Shown: piece by piece, positions 19,967 through 29,572 of the stretch
How the letters are laid out: every line of letters begins with the position of its first letter
Position numbering within the stretch: the stretch's first letter is position 1
DNA from: Myxococcota bacterium
GTDB lineage: Bacteria; Myxococcota_A; UBA796; CAJQPC01
Length of the DNA stretch: 64,000 nucleotides
Assembly: GCA_036012755.1 (NCBI GenBank)
Contig: DASCPX010000027.1
Span: 32,001 to 96,000 of the forward strand
Direction of reading: 5' to 3'
The notes under the pieces: generated by a model
Seen by the model: only the letters and a program-made list of their open reading frames with translations
Database searches by the model: none
What the model was told of the DNA's origin: nothing
Position numbers and translations under genes: made by a program

Positions 19967-20046
19967 GAGTTCCTCCGGGAATCTAGGGTCTTGTGGACGC
20001 CCCTCGCGTCACGTCAACTGGGACCGCAGGCGGCCCTGGAGGTTCG

Positions 20047-22704
20047 TCAAGGCTCCGTGAACATCACCTCGCGCGGTCGTCCGCGGAGGTTGTAGTCGCT
20101 CGACATCGTGAAGCCGTAGGCCCCGGCGTTGCACACCAGCAGCACGTCGGACTCGTGGGTCTCCGGCAGCCGACGGCCCCGGCCGAGGATGTCCCCCGTC
20201 TCGCAGATCGGGCCCACGATGTCGGCGACGATCGCTCCCGGCTCGCCAAGCCGCGTGAGGTTCAGCACCTCGTGGCGGGCTCCATACAGCGCAGGTCGGA
20301 TGAGGCTGTGCATGCCGGCGTCAACGCCGACGTAGCGGCGGTCGCCCTTGGACTTCACCTGGCTCACCCGCGCGAGCAGCACCCCGGCGAGCGAGACCAG
20401 GTAGCGACCCGGCTCGAGCCAGAGCTCATAGGGACTTCCTCGACGGATCTCCGCGAGCGAGGCGTCGACCTCGGCCATGTCCAAGGGGCCTTGACCCGGT
20501 CCCGACTGGACGGGCAGACCACCGCCGAGATCCAGCGCCTGGACCTCTGGGAGCTCTCCGGCGACCTCGACGAGGAACTCGGCGATGTCTCGCCAGCGGG
20601 TCACGGCCTTCATCCCGCTGCCAGCGTGGGCGTGGAGCCCGACGACCCGCACGTCGTGGCGTCGGGAGAGCTCGATGAGGTGCTCGATCTCCTCTGGCGG
20701 GACCCCGAACTTCGAACGATCACCGGCTGTCACGACGTAGCGGTGGTGGCCTCCGCCACGGCCTGGATCGAGCCGGACGAGGATCTCGCGTCCCCGAAAC
20801 AGCGCCGGCCACCGCTGGAGGGGGTAGGTCGAGTCCAGGGTGACGCGACAGCCGGCCTCGAAGCCTGCCTGGTAGTCCCCGGGAGGCGCGAAGTTGGGGG
20901 TGAACAGGATGTCGGCCGAGGGGCAGATCTCCCTGACGCGCCGGATCTCGCCGGGGCTCACGCACTCCATGCCCAGCCCGCGGTCGTGGAGGCGGCGAAC
21001 CACCTCTGCGTTGGTGTTGGCCTTCACGGCGTAGAAGATCCGGTCGACGCTCTCCAGCCCCAGGAGCTCGTCGGCGGCCCGGTCCAACTCCGAGGCGGAG
21101 TAGACGTACACCGGCGTCCCCCTGTCGGCCTCTGCGAGGAGCTCGGCGCGACGCGCGGTCCACCATCCCGAGAAGATGGCCGGCGCAGCGCGAGGCTGGA
21201 AGACCTCTTCCCAGGAGGGGCCGAAGACCGGGTCAGAGGTGTCGGAGAAGAGCTGGGCGTGCAGGTCGCGCATCAGGGGGTCGGCGTCGGCCTCGTCGAC
21301 CACGAAGCTCAGGTTCAGGTCGCTGGCCGCCTGGCTCATGAGGTGGATCTCACGGTCGGCGAAGCGCTCGAAGGCGCCGCCGAGGCGGTGGAGGGTCGCC
21401 CGGATCCTCCGACCAACCACGGAGACGCTGGCCGCGGGGGCGATGAGCTTCGGGCGGCACACGGCCGCGAGATCCTCGAGCAGGCCGTCCAGGGTGGGCT
21501 TGGCCAGCGTGTTCGCGGCCGGGTCGAGGGAGACCGTGACGTTGGTCTCGCTGGTGGCGACGAGATCGATGGACAGCCCGTGCCTCGCGAAGATGGCGAA
21601 GGCCTCTGCCAGGAAGCCCACTTGCTGCCACATGCCGACGGTGTCCATCGACACCAGCGCGATGCCCTTCCGTGTCGACAGCGCCTTGACCTGCGCCCTC
21701 CCGCTCGAGGCCCGCGCGGTGACGACCGTGCCCTCCATCTCCGGCGCCTTCGTGCAGCAGATGTGAAGCGGGATGCCCTGCTCCTTCACCGGTCGCAGGC
21801 AGCGGGGATGGAGCACCTTGGCGCCCATGGTCGCGAGCTCCCGGGCTTCGTCGTAGTCCAGACGACGCAACAGCCGAGCGGAGGGGATCCGGTGTGGATC
21901 GGCCGTGAACATGCCCGGCACGTCGGTCCAGATCTCCAGGCGCCGGGCCTGAAGGCGAGCGGCCAGGTAGGCCGCCGAGGTGTCCGATCCACCACGGCCC
22001 AGCAGCACGGTGTGGCCCTCTGAGTCGGCGGCGATGAAGCCCTGCGTGAGCACGACCTCGCCGTCGAGGGCGTCGAAGGAGTCCATCAGCTGCGGATCCG
22101 GCTCGTAGCTGCACCGAGCGCTCCCGAAGCGGCGCTCCAGCTCGGACTCCGGCAGTGACGACAGCAGCTCGCGCGCGTCCTGCCAGGATGTCGCCACTTC
22201 CGCTCTGGAGAGCCAGGCCGCCCCGAGGCGCGTCGACATCAGCTCCCCCGCCGAGAGGATGCGAGCGCGCAGGCGCGGGCTCACCTCGCCGATGTCACGG
22301 CCACCGCGGGCAAGGCGGGACAGATCCTCGAACAGCTCGCCTAGGTGCTCCTCGTCGTCCAGACCCATCGCCTCGGCCTGCTCGACATGCAGCGCGCGAA
22401 TCGCTCCCAGCTCGGCGTCGATGTCGCCACCGGCGGCGGCCACCTCCGCCAGTCCTCTCAGGCGGTCGCTGGCCCCTGACAGGGCCGAGCAGACGACCAC
22501 GGGCCGAAGCCCCTCGTCCAGGCGCGTGCGCAGGATGCGGCGGATGGTCTCCCAGCTCTGGAGGCCGGTGACGCTGGTGCCGCCGAACTTGAGCACGACC
22601 CAGGAGTCCGCTCCAGGCCAGCGGGGATCGGGGTCGGCGTCGGCTGCTCGGTCCCAGCCCTGGTCGTCCTCGTCCCAGGAGGGATCCCGGGACCTGGGTA
22701 TCAC
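20047..22704 (-). CDS. lysAC: Bifunctional aspartate kinase/diaminopimelate decarboxylase
   Basis: VLKFGGTSV, LGRGGSDTSA, ACT domains, then FYAVKAN, SKFG, HAHAGSG, EPGRYLV, GPICETGD; GTGA-coupled start. Confidence 0.93.
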   Translation of the reverse strand: MIPRSRDPSWDEDDQGWDRAADADPDPRWPGADSWVVLKFGGTSVTGLQSWETIRRILRTRLDEGLRPVVVCSALSGASDRLRGLAEVAAAGGDIDAELGAIRALHVEQAEAMGLDDEEHLGELFEDLSRLARGGRDIGEVSPRLRARILSAGELMSTRLGAAWLSRAEVATSWQDARELLSSLPESELERRFGSARCSYEPDPQLMDSFDALDGEVVLTQGFIAADSEGHTVLLGRGGSDTSAAYLAARLQARRLEIWTDVPGMFTADPHRIPSARLLRRLDYDEARELATMGAKVLHPRCLRPVKEQGIPLHICCTKAPEMEGTVVTARASSGRAQVKALSTRKGIALVSMDTVGMWQQVGFLAEAFAIFARHGLSIDLVATSETNVTVSLDPAANTLAKPTLDGLLEDLAAVCRPKLIAPAASVSVVGRRIRATLHRLGGAFERFADREIHLMSQAASDLNLSFVVDEADADPLMRDLHAQLFSDTSDPVFGPSWEEVFQPRAAPAIFSGWWTARRAELLAEADRGTPVYVYSASELDRAADELLGLESVDRIFYAVKANTNAEVVRRLHDRGLGMECVSPGEIRRVREICPSADILFTPNFAPPGDYQAGFEAGCRVTLDSTYPLQRWPALFRGREILVRLDPGRGGGHHRYVVTAGDRSKFGVPPEEIEHLIELSRRHDVRVVGLHAHAGSGMKAVTRWRDIAEFLVEVAGELPEVQALDLGGGLPVQSGPGQGPLDMAEVDASLAEIRRGSPYELWLEPGRYLVSLAGVLLARVSQVKSKGDRRYVGVDAGMHSLIRPALYGARHEVLNLTRLGEPGAIVADIVGPICETGDILGRGRRLPETHESDVLLVCNAGAYGFTMSSDYNLRGRPREVMFTEP

Positions 22705-23363
22705 TGGCCTCCGGCGGCGCCGACCTCGCCCAGCTGGATGTCCACCCTGACCTGGACCGCATCGGAGATCGACTCGTGCTGGCACTCGGCGACCAGGGCC
22801 GCGAGCTGCTCGCCGAGCCCGAAGGCCTCGATGGAGAGCTCCGCGCTCTCAGAGCTGACGAAGTGCCAGCCGCTGTCGTGACGGGTGGTGCGCACCGGGA
22901 ACCGGGCCTCGACGGTGGCTCCGGACAGCAACATCTCGCCCACGAAGACCGTGGAGTCGGATGAGGCTCCGACCTCGAGGCCATCCTCCGGCCAACCCTC
23001 GAGGTCGGTGATCACGAAGCTCGACGTCCTGTTGTCGGCCACCTCGAAGAAGATCCGCTCGATGCGCTCGTCGCGCTCGGGGTCCTCGCTGTCCCAGCTC
23101 TCCATGTCCACGTCGACTCGTCCCCTGAGCCCGGTGAGCGTGCCGTCCACCGGGACGTCCCACTTGCCGGCGAGGGCCGAGAAGCTGCCCGGCACCGCGA
23201 CGCTCCCGTTCTTCATCGTGACCACGTCGACCCTGCCGCGGATTCGCATTCCCCCGGCCTCCGTCGACGGTTCGGGCAGGGGCTCGACCGTTGGCTGGAG
23301 ATCTGGCTCGGGGACGGTCTCGTCGCCCGCGCAGGCGAGGAGGGCGAGCAGTGGGGACATCAT
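22701..23363 (-). CDS. YceI-like lipoprotein
   Basis: LLALLA-C; VPGSFSALAG, VDMESWDS..PERDERI...FF, final strand VQVRVDI; TGATG-coupled start. Confidence 0.75.
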   Translation of the reverse strand: MMSPLLALLACAGDETVPEPDLQPTVEPLPEPSTEAGGMRIRGRVDVVTMKNGSVAVPGSFSALAGKWDVPVDGTLTGLRGRVDVDMESWDSEDPERDERIERIFFEVADNRTSSFVITDLEGWPEDGLEVGASSDSTVFVGEMLLSGATVEARFPVRTTRHDSGWHFVSSESAELSIEAFGLGEQLAALVAECQHESISDAVQVRVDIQLGEVGAAGGQ

Positions 23364-25840
23364 CACCTCGTCAGCCGGCGGTAGATCGTAGGGAGGCGCC
23401 TCGGCAGGGACTCGACCTCGTCGATGACGATGTAACCGACCTCTCCGTAGAGCTCTTCGAGGTACTTCCGCGCCCGCGGGTCCACTGTGATGCAGAAGGG
23501 GTGGATGCCCCCCTTTCGGGCCTCGCGCAGCGCGACGCGCGTGTCCTCGTTGGCGTAGCGGTCGTAGTAGTGGTCGCAGCCGCAGTCGAGCGGGCGTCCG
23601 TCGGAGAGCAGGATCAGGAGCTTCGTCCTCGCGGGGTGCTCCCTGAGGCGGGCGGTGGCGTGGCGGATCGCGGCCCCGTCGCGGTTCTCCATCTTCCACG
23701 TGATGCGCCCGATGCGCTCGCGCACCCGGTCGTCGTAGGAGTCGTCGAAGTCCTTGGCCACGTAGAAGGCGACGTGCTCGCGGCCGTAGCCGGAGAAGCC
23801 CCAGATCGCGCAGGCGTCCCCGATGGCGTCGACGGCCTCTGCGATCATCACGAGGGCCTCCTTCTCCACCTGGATGATGCGCTTGCCCCCCATGCCAGCG
23901 TGGGACTCGTTCGTCGAGCTGCTCATGTCCAGCAGGAAGGCGACGGCGACGTCGCGCCGGTTGCGCAGGTGACGCTCGTAGATGCGCTCCGGAGGAGTGA
24001 CACCGGCCCGGCGCGCCACCCGCGCCTCGACGACCCGCTCGATGTCGAGCTCGTCGCCGTGCAGCTGCCGTCGCATGCGCCTGAGCTCCTCTGGTCTGAG
24101 GGCCTGGAAGCGGCGCCGTAGCCAGCGGATCTCGGCGCCGTACTCGTCGAGCACGTCGTTGACGAAGCCGCGCTCCCCTGGGGCCAGGGTGTGCTCCTTG
24201 ACGCGGACCCAGGCGGGCTTGTGGTCCTCGATTCCGACGTCCCACTCCGGGTAGTGGAAGACGAGGGCGTCCGGGTCCTCCTCGAGCTCCAGCGGGCCTG
24301 AGAACTGGGCGCGCAGTGGCACGTGCTCGGTCTGTTCCTCCTCCTCGTCGACGATGGCTCCCTCCGGCGCCGGCATGCGCTCCAAGAAAGCGATCATGTC
24401 GTCGTAGGACCGGTCCTCGGTCCGTCCCTGCTGGTGCTGGCGAAGGGCCTTGCGGATCTCGGAGATGCTGGCCTCCAACCCCTCCTCTTCCATCGCCTCC
24501 CGCAGCTCGCGGGCCCTGTCGTCCTCCTCCCGCTCGCCCGCGCCGCGCGCCTCTGGACGGATGCTGGCTCCCATCGACGACTCCTCGAGGGTCCGGTAGT
24601 CGTCCTGCGAGGCCCAGTCGGGGCCCTCGCCGAGCTGGGGCATCGCGTCGCGACCCTGGCGCTCGCCGGGCTTGCCGAGGTCCTCTGATCCCACCTTCCT
24701 CAACAGCGCATCGGCCACCGGGTAGACCCGGGGGAGCATCGCGGCCACGTCCTCGACCTCAGCGTCGAGGACCTCGCTCATCAGCTTCCAGACCCTGTCG
24801 TGGGGGTCGACGAGCTCGGGTGGGAGCTGTGGCCTGTGGCCCCAGCTGGTCTGTAGCAGGGCCTCTACCAGGGCCTCTACCGGGGCGAGTTCCTCGATGG
24901 CGGGCCGCTCCAGGAGCTCGTCGGGGCGCAGGGTCGCGACGTCCCGAGCGAGGCCTGGGTAGGTCGCGACCATCCTCCGCTCGACACGAGCAGCCTCGGC
25001 GACGTGGAAGAGATCTCGGGCGAGGGAACGGTTCTGGAAGGCACGCAACAGGCGCTCGATGTCGGACTCGCCGTCGCGGTGCTCGGGCCAGGACCCTCCT
25101 ACCTTGCGGAGGTCGAGGTCGAAGGTGCCGAACTCCAGGGTGGCGGCCGTCCGCGCGGTGAGGACCCTGTAGACGACGAAGTCACGCTCGTCTCCGTAGC
25201 GATCGACGCGCTCCGGCAGGTGCAGGTGACGCCCCTCCGAGAACGCGCTCACCTTCTGGCCGGCGGGGATGGAGCGAACCTGGACATCCTCGCCGCAGTG
25301 GGCCCGTGCATAGAGCGACAGGGTGCGGGCGATGTCCTTCAGCGGCAAGCCGAGCACGAGACGGGAGAGCTCCGCCTGGCCCTGTCGCGACTCCCGGCGA
25401 AGGAAGGACTCCGCCGTGGCTTCGCTGTCCCCATGCAGATCGAGGCCGCTGCCCAGGAAACGCGCCAGCGCCGGACCGCTGAGGTTCTCCATCAGCTCGG
25501 GCAGGGTTCGGGCGACCATGGTCGCGGCCTGCGGGCGCTGCCTCACGACGATGCCCAGCAGTCGCAGGTACTCGGCCCGATGCTCCTCTGGCACCCGCGC
25601 CAGGTCGTCGGGCATGTTCCCGGCGAGGACCCGGCCAAGGCGCCCCTCCGCCCGCGCCGCCGCCAGGACGAGCTCGGTGTACAGCGTGCTGATCTCCGGC
25701 CCCAGGGCGAGCTCGACCGGACCGACGTGCCGCATCCAGGAGCGCAGCGTCGACCGGTCGGCCGCGCCGATCTCGGCGGCGCCTCGAGCGCGAGCGCCCA
25801 GGACTCCCACCCGCGCCATCAGCCGGCGACGCCAGCTCAC
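23363..25840 (-). CDS. CbbO/NorD family VWA domain protein (copy 2, long form)
   Basis: YPEWD, GDELDIE, DMSSST MIDAS, ENRDGAAIRHA, LSDGRPLDCGCDHY, FCITVD; start GTG overlaps the TAG of the upstream AAA+ gene (ATG 25819 is an alternative). Confidence 0.88.
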   Translation of the reverse strand: MSWRRRLMARVGVLGARARGAAEIGAADRSTLRSWMRHVGPVELALGPEISTLYTELVLAAARAEGRLGRVLAGNMPDDLARVPEEHRAEYLRLLGIVVRQRPQAATMVARTLPELMENLSGPALARFLGSGLDLHGDSEATAESFLRRESRQGQAELSRLVLGLPLKDIARTLSLYARAHCGEDVQVRSIPAGQKVSAFSEGRHLHLPERVDRYGDERDFVVYRVLTARTAATLEFGTFDLDLRKVGGSWPEHRDGESDIERLLRAFQNRSLARDLFHVAEAARVERRMVATYPGLARDVATLRPDELLERPAIEELAPVEALVEALLQTSWGHRPQLPPELVDPHDRVWKLMSEVLDAEVEDVAAMLPRVYPVADALLRKVGSEDLGKPGERQGRDAMPQLGEGPDWASQDDYRTLEESSMGASIRPEARGAGEREEDDRARELREAMEEEGLEASISEIRKALRQHQQGRTEDRSYDDMIAFLERMPAPEGAIVDEEEEQTEHVPLRAQFSGPLELEEDPDALVFHYPEWDVGIEDHKPAWVRVKEHTLAPGERGFVNDVLDEYGAEIRWLRRRFQALRPEELRRMRRQLHGDELDIERVVEARVARRAGVTPPERIYERHLRNRRDVAVAFLLDMSSSTNESHAGMGGKRIIQVEKEALVMIAEAVDAIGDACAIWGFSGYGREHVAFYVAKDFDDSYDDRVRERIGRITWKMENRDGAAIRHATARLREHPARTKLLILLSDGRPLDCGCDHYYDRYANEDTRVALREARKGGIHPFCITVDPRARKYLEELYGEVGYIVIDEVESLPRRLPTIYRRLTR

Positions 25841-26652
25841 TAGAAGAAGTCCTTCACGACCTCGAAGACCGAGCGCTGGAGGTCGGGATCGTCGGTCAGG
25901 GTGCGAGCGAAGGCGACCTCGCATGCGCGGCGGGACTCGACGCCCCGCTTCATGAGCTTGCCGGCGTGGATGAGGAGGCGGGTGCTCACGCCCTCTTCCA
26001 ACCCGCGATCGGTGAGGTTGCGCACCTTGGCGGCGACCGCGACGAGGCTCCTCGCGTTGTCCTGGTCGATGCCGGACTCGCGGCGGACGACCTCGAGCTC
26101 GACCTCTGAAGCCGGGTAGCTGAAGTCCAGGCTGATGAAGCGCTGGCGGGTCGACTGCTTGAGCTCCTTGAGCACCGACTGGTAGCCGGGGTTGTAGCTG
26201 ACCACGAGCATGAAGCCGGGAGGTGCCGAGAGCATCGCGCCGAGCTTGTCGATGGGCAGAAGCCGCCTGTCGTCCGTGAGGGGATGGATGACGACCAGGG
26301 TGTCGTTCCGCGCCTCGACGACCTCGTCGAGGTAGACGATGCCGCCGTGACGCACCGCTGTGGTGAGCGGGCCATCGCACCAGACGGTCTCGTCTCCGAG
26401 GATCAGGAAGCGGCCGACGAGGTCTGCAGCCGTGAGGTCCTCGTGGCAGGCGACCGTCACGAGCGGGCGGCCGAGCCTGTGTGCCATGTGCGCGACGAAG
26501 CGTGTCTTTCCGCATCCGGTCGGCCCCTTGAGGATGACGGGAAGCTGGGCGTCGTAGGCGGTCTCGAAGACCTGGACCTCGTCATCGACTGGGAGGTACC
26601 AGGGCGCCTCGTCCTGCTCGAAGTCGCTCGCCGGGGGCGTGATGATGCGCAT
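25840..26652 (-). CDS. CbbQ/NirQ/NorQ family MoxR AAA+ ATPase (copy 2)
   Basis: [52 protein letters not shown]. Confidence 0.95.
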   Translation of the reverse strand: MRIITPPASDFEQDEAPWYLPVDDEVQVFETAYDAQLPVILKGPTGCGKTRFVAHMAHRLGRPLVTVACHEDLTAADLVGRFLILGDETVWCDGPLTTAVRHGGIVYLDEVVEARNDTLVVIHPLTDDRRLLPIDKLGAMLSAPPGFMLVVSYNPGYQSVLKELKQSTRQRFISLDFSYPASEVELEVVRRESGIDQDNARSLVAVAAKVRNLTDRGLEEGVSTRLLIHAGKLMKRGVESRRACEVAFARTLTDDPDLQRSVFEVVKDFF

Positions 26653-26692
26653 TGCAAAGTTCTACCCGGTTAGGCCCACCGCTGGAGGATGT

Positions 26693-27955
26693 GTGCCGGA
26701 AGCCGAGGAACTCAACGCCACGCTCGCTAGCGCACACGGCGCCGCGCACGCCTGCCTGTCCCCGCTCGGGCGGGCCGCACGCTTCCCGACCGGGATCCCG
26801 GCGCAGGCTGGAGAGGCACGCGGCGCGGAGCTCCAAGCCACCATCGGCCAGCTCACGGATGGCCGCGGTCGGGCCATCGTGCCCGACTCGCTGGAGAGCC
26901 TGGCCCGCGGCGACGGGAGCACGGCCTACCTCTACTCCCCCGTCGCCGGTCACCCGCGACTGCGCGAGCTCTGGCGGCGCCGCCTCGCCCGGGAAGGGGG
27001 CGCGACGGAGTGCTCCCTGCCGATGGTCACCCTGGGGCTCACCCATGGGTTGAGTCTCTGCGCCGACCTGTTCTCCGACCCTGGCACCGACGTCCTGTTT
27101 CCCAGGCCTTGTTGGGGGAACTACCGCCTGATCTTCGGCCTCCGGCGCCAGGCGCGGCTGAAGGGCTGGGACTTCTACTCGCCCTCCGGTGGCTTGAACA
27201 CCGGAGCCTTCCGCGCGGCCCTGCAGGGTGTCCGTGACAAGGGCGTCGTGCTCTTGAACTTCCCCGGCAACCCCACGGGCTACTCGCCGAGCCAGGCCGA
27301 GGCCGAGGAGATCCTCGACGCCCTCGCCTCGCATCGGGGCGCTCCGATCGTCGTGATCTTCGACGACGCGTACCACGGCTTCGTGTTCGAGGACGGCGTC
27401 GTCAGGCGCTCGCTGTTCTGGGAGGCCGCCCAGCGCTGCTCCTCGGACCACGTGCTGCCCGTGAAGGTCGACGGTTGCACCAAGGAGCTGCTCTTCTTCG
27501 GTGGGCGCGTCGGGTTCTTGACCTTCGGGACCAGCGAGTTGGCGAGCGTCCCGCTGGTGGACAAGGCGATGACGCTGACCCGCGGCACGGTGAACTGCCC
27601 ACCGGGGCCCTCCCAGGTGATGGCGGCGGAGGCCCTGGCGAGCCCCTTCGTCGACGCGCAGCTCGCCGAGGTCTTCGAGCGGGTGCGGGGTCGCTACCAG
27701 GTCTTGAAGGAGTCCCTGGTGGGGCTGGAAGGCACCGGCCTGAGTCCCCTGCCCTTCAACTCCGGCTTCTTCGCGCTGCTGCAGGCGCCCGAGGGGGTGG
27801 ACGTACACGCCCTCCGTCGCAAGATCCTGTTCGAGCAGTCCGCCGGAGTCATCGCACTCCCAGAGGTCCGCGCCCTGCGCCTGGCCTTCTGCAGCATCTC
27901 CAAGAGTGACATTCCCGAGCTCATCGCTCGCATAAGGCGGGCAATGGAGGAGTGA
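26693..27955 (+). CDS. Class I/II PLP-dependent aminotransferase
   Basis: [47 protein letters not shown]. Confidence 0.88.
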   Translation: MPEAEELNATLASAHGAAHACLSPLGRAARFPTGIPAQAGEARGAELQATIGQLTDGRGRAIVPDSLESLARGDGSTAYLYSPVAGHPRLRELWRRRLAREGGATECSLPMVTLGLTHGLSLCADLFSDPGTDVLFPRPCWGNYRLIFGLRRQARLKGWDFYSPSGGLNTGAFRAALQGVRDKGVVLLNFPGNPTGYSPSQAEAEEILDALASHRGAPIVVIFDDAYHGFVFEDGVVRRSLFWEAAQRCSSDHVLPVKVDGCTKELLFFGGRVGFLTFGTSELASVPLVDKAMTLTRGTVNCPPGPSQVMAAEALASPFVDAQLAEVFERVRGRYQVLKESLVGLEGTGLSPLPFNSGFFALLQAPEGVDVHALRRKILFEQSAGVIALPEVRALRLAFCSISKSDIPELIARIRRAMEE

Positions 27956-28917
27956 TGGAAGCGTTGGACGCCAAGGTCGAAGCGATCGACCCCGAACTGG
28001 AGATGCTGGAGGAGATCGAGCGGCTCCGCCGTGAGCGGAACGCGGTGATCCTCGCCCACTACTACCAGGAGGGCGAGATCCAGGACCTCGCCGACTTCAT
28101 CGGTGATTCCTTGCAGCTGGCCCAGGCTGCGCGGGACACGGAGGCGGACGTCATCCTCTTCTGCGGTGTCCACTTCATGGCGGAGACAGCGAAGATCGTG
28201 AACCCGGACAAGGTCGTCGTGCTGCCGGATCTCAGGGCGGGATGCTCCCTGGCCGAGTCCTGCCCTGCCGACAAGCTCCGGGCCTGGAAGTCGCTGCACC
28301 CGGAGCACGTCGTCGTCTCGTACATCAACTGCACGGCGCAGACGAAGGCGGAGAGCGACTGGATCTGCACCTCCAGCAATGCCCGTCGGGTCATCGAGGC
28401 GATCCCCGCCGATCGCCCCATCCTGTTCGCCCCGGACAGGAACCTCGGCAGCTGGCTGGTGCGCGAGACCAACCGCGACATGAAGCTGTGGCAAGGGACC
28501 TGCATCGTGCACGAGACCTTCTCGGAGCGGAAGCTGGTCGAGCTGAAGAGCCAGCACCCAGAGGCCCAGGTGCTCGCCCATCCGGAGTGCGAGCCAGAGG
28601 TCCTCCAGCACGCCGACCACATCGGGTCGACCTCGAGCCTGCTGAAGTACACCCACGGCAAGCCGGGCCAGACCTTCATCGTCGCGACCGAGCCCGGGAT
28701 CCTCCACCAGATGGAGAAGGCCAACCCCGAAGGTGTCTACATCCCGCTCCCGCCGAAGGGCGAGACCTGCGCCTGCAACGAGTGCCCCTACATGCGCCTG
28801 AACACCCTCGAGAAGATCTACCTGGCGCTGCGAGATCTGGAGCCCCGGATCGAGATGTCGGAGGACCTCCGCCAGCGCGCCTTGAAGCCGCTGGAGATGA
28901 TGCTCTCGCTGGGCTGA
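27952..28917 (+). CDS. nadA: Quinolinate synthase
   Basis: [53 protein letters not shown]. Confidence 0.96.
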   Translation: MMEALDAKVEAIDPELEMLEEIERLRRERNAVILAHYYQEGEIQDLADFIGDSLQLAQAARDTEADVILFCGVHFMAETAKIVNPDKVVVLPDLRAGCSLAESCPADKLRAWKSLHPEHVVVSYINCTAQTKAESDWICTSSNARRVIEAIPADRPILFAPDRNLGSWLVRETNRDMKLWQGTCIVHETFSERKLVELKSQHPEAQVLAHPECEPEVLQHADHIGSTSSLLKYTHGKPGQTFIVATEPGILHQMEKANPEGVYIPLPPKGETCACNECPYMRLNTLEKIYLALRDLEPRIEMSEDLRQRALKPLEMMLSLG

Positions 28918-28918
28918 C

Positions 28919-29572
28919 TCAGAAGCCCAGCGTCAGGCCGAAGCCGTCGTTGGGACCGGTGGCCATGATCCGACGGGACCAGGACAGGCCGAAGTGGAAG
29001 CGGCCGGCCGTGACCATCATGCCGAGGCGGTACTCGAACTCGTGGCCGACGCCGAAGTACTGGTTGCGGTCCCAGTCCACACGACGAGCAGGGTTGGCCA
29101 GCCAGGTCGTCGTGATGCCGCCCAGCGCATAGATCTCCTGGGGGCCGACGGTCGCAACGATCGGGAAGTCGATGCCCGGCGAGGCGGGCAGGCCGACGAA
29201 CCGGTACTCGTTGTAGAAGACGTCGCCGCCGCCGAGCACCGACCAGTACTCGGTCACGGGGCCCACGAAGGTGCCGGCCCGCACGTCGTAGCCGCCGCCA
29301 AGGAGCAGCGTGCCCCGCGTCCGGCTCTTCCCGGCGAGGATGGTCTGCAGATCCGCGTAGGTCACGCCAGCCTCGAGGCCGATGTTGAAGCCGAGGACGG
29401 GAGTGCCGTTGACCCGGAAGACGCTGAGGTTCGCGACCGGGTCGATGTAGGGCTGGTACTGCACGCGCCCCGCGATGGGTTCACGCGGCTTGTCGAGGGG
29501 GCCAGCCAGGGCGATGCCCGAGAGCAGCAATACGGTCACGAGTCCTCCAGGTTGGAATAATGACCTCAACAT
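28919..29572 (-). CDS. Hypothetical exported protein, probable outer-membrane beta-barrel
   Basis: Signal-like LLLSGIALA, amphipathic beta strands, C-terminal GLTLGF; start could also be GTG 29539. Confidence 0.55.
   Translation of the reverse strand: MLRSLFQPGGLVTVLLLSGIALAGPLDKPREPIAGRVQYQPYIDPVANLSVFRVNGTPVLGFNIGLEAGVTYADLQTILAGKSRTRGTLLLGGGYDVRAGTFVGPVTEYWSVLGGGDVFYNEYRFVGLPASPGIDFPIVATVGPQEIYALGGITTTWLANPARRVDWDRNQYFGVGHEFEYRLGMMVTAGRFHFGLSWSRRIMATGPNDGFGLTLGF

Noticed and set aside
20047..22704. lysC-lysA fusion as a novelty
   Set aside because: The bifunctional aspartate kinase/DAP decarboxylase is an established family.
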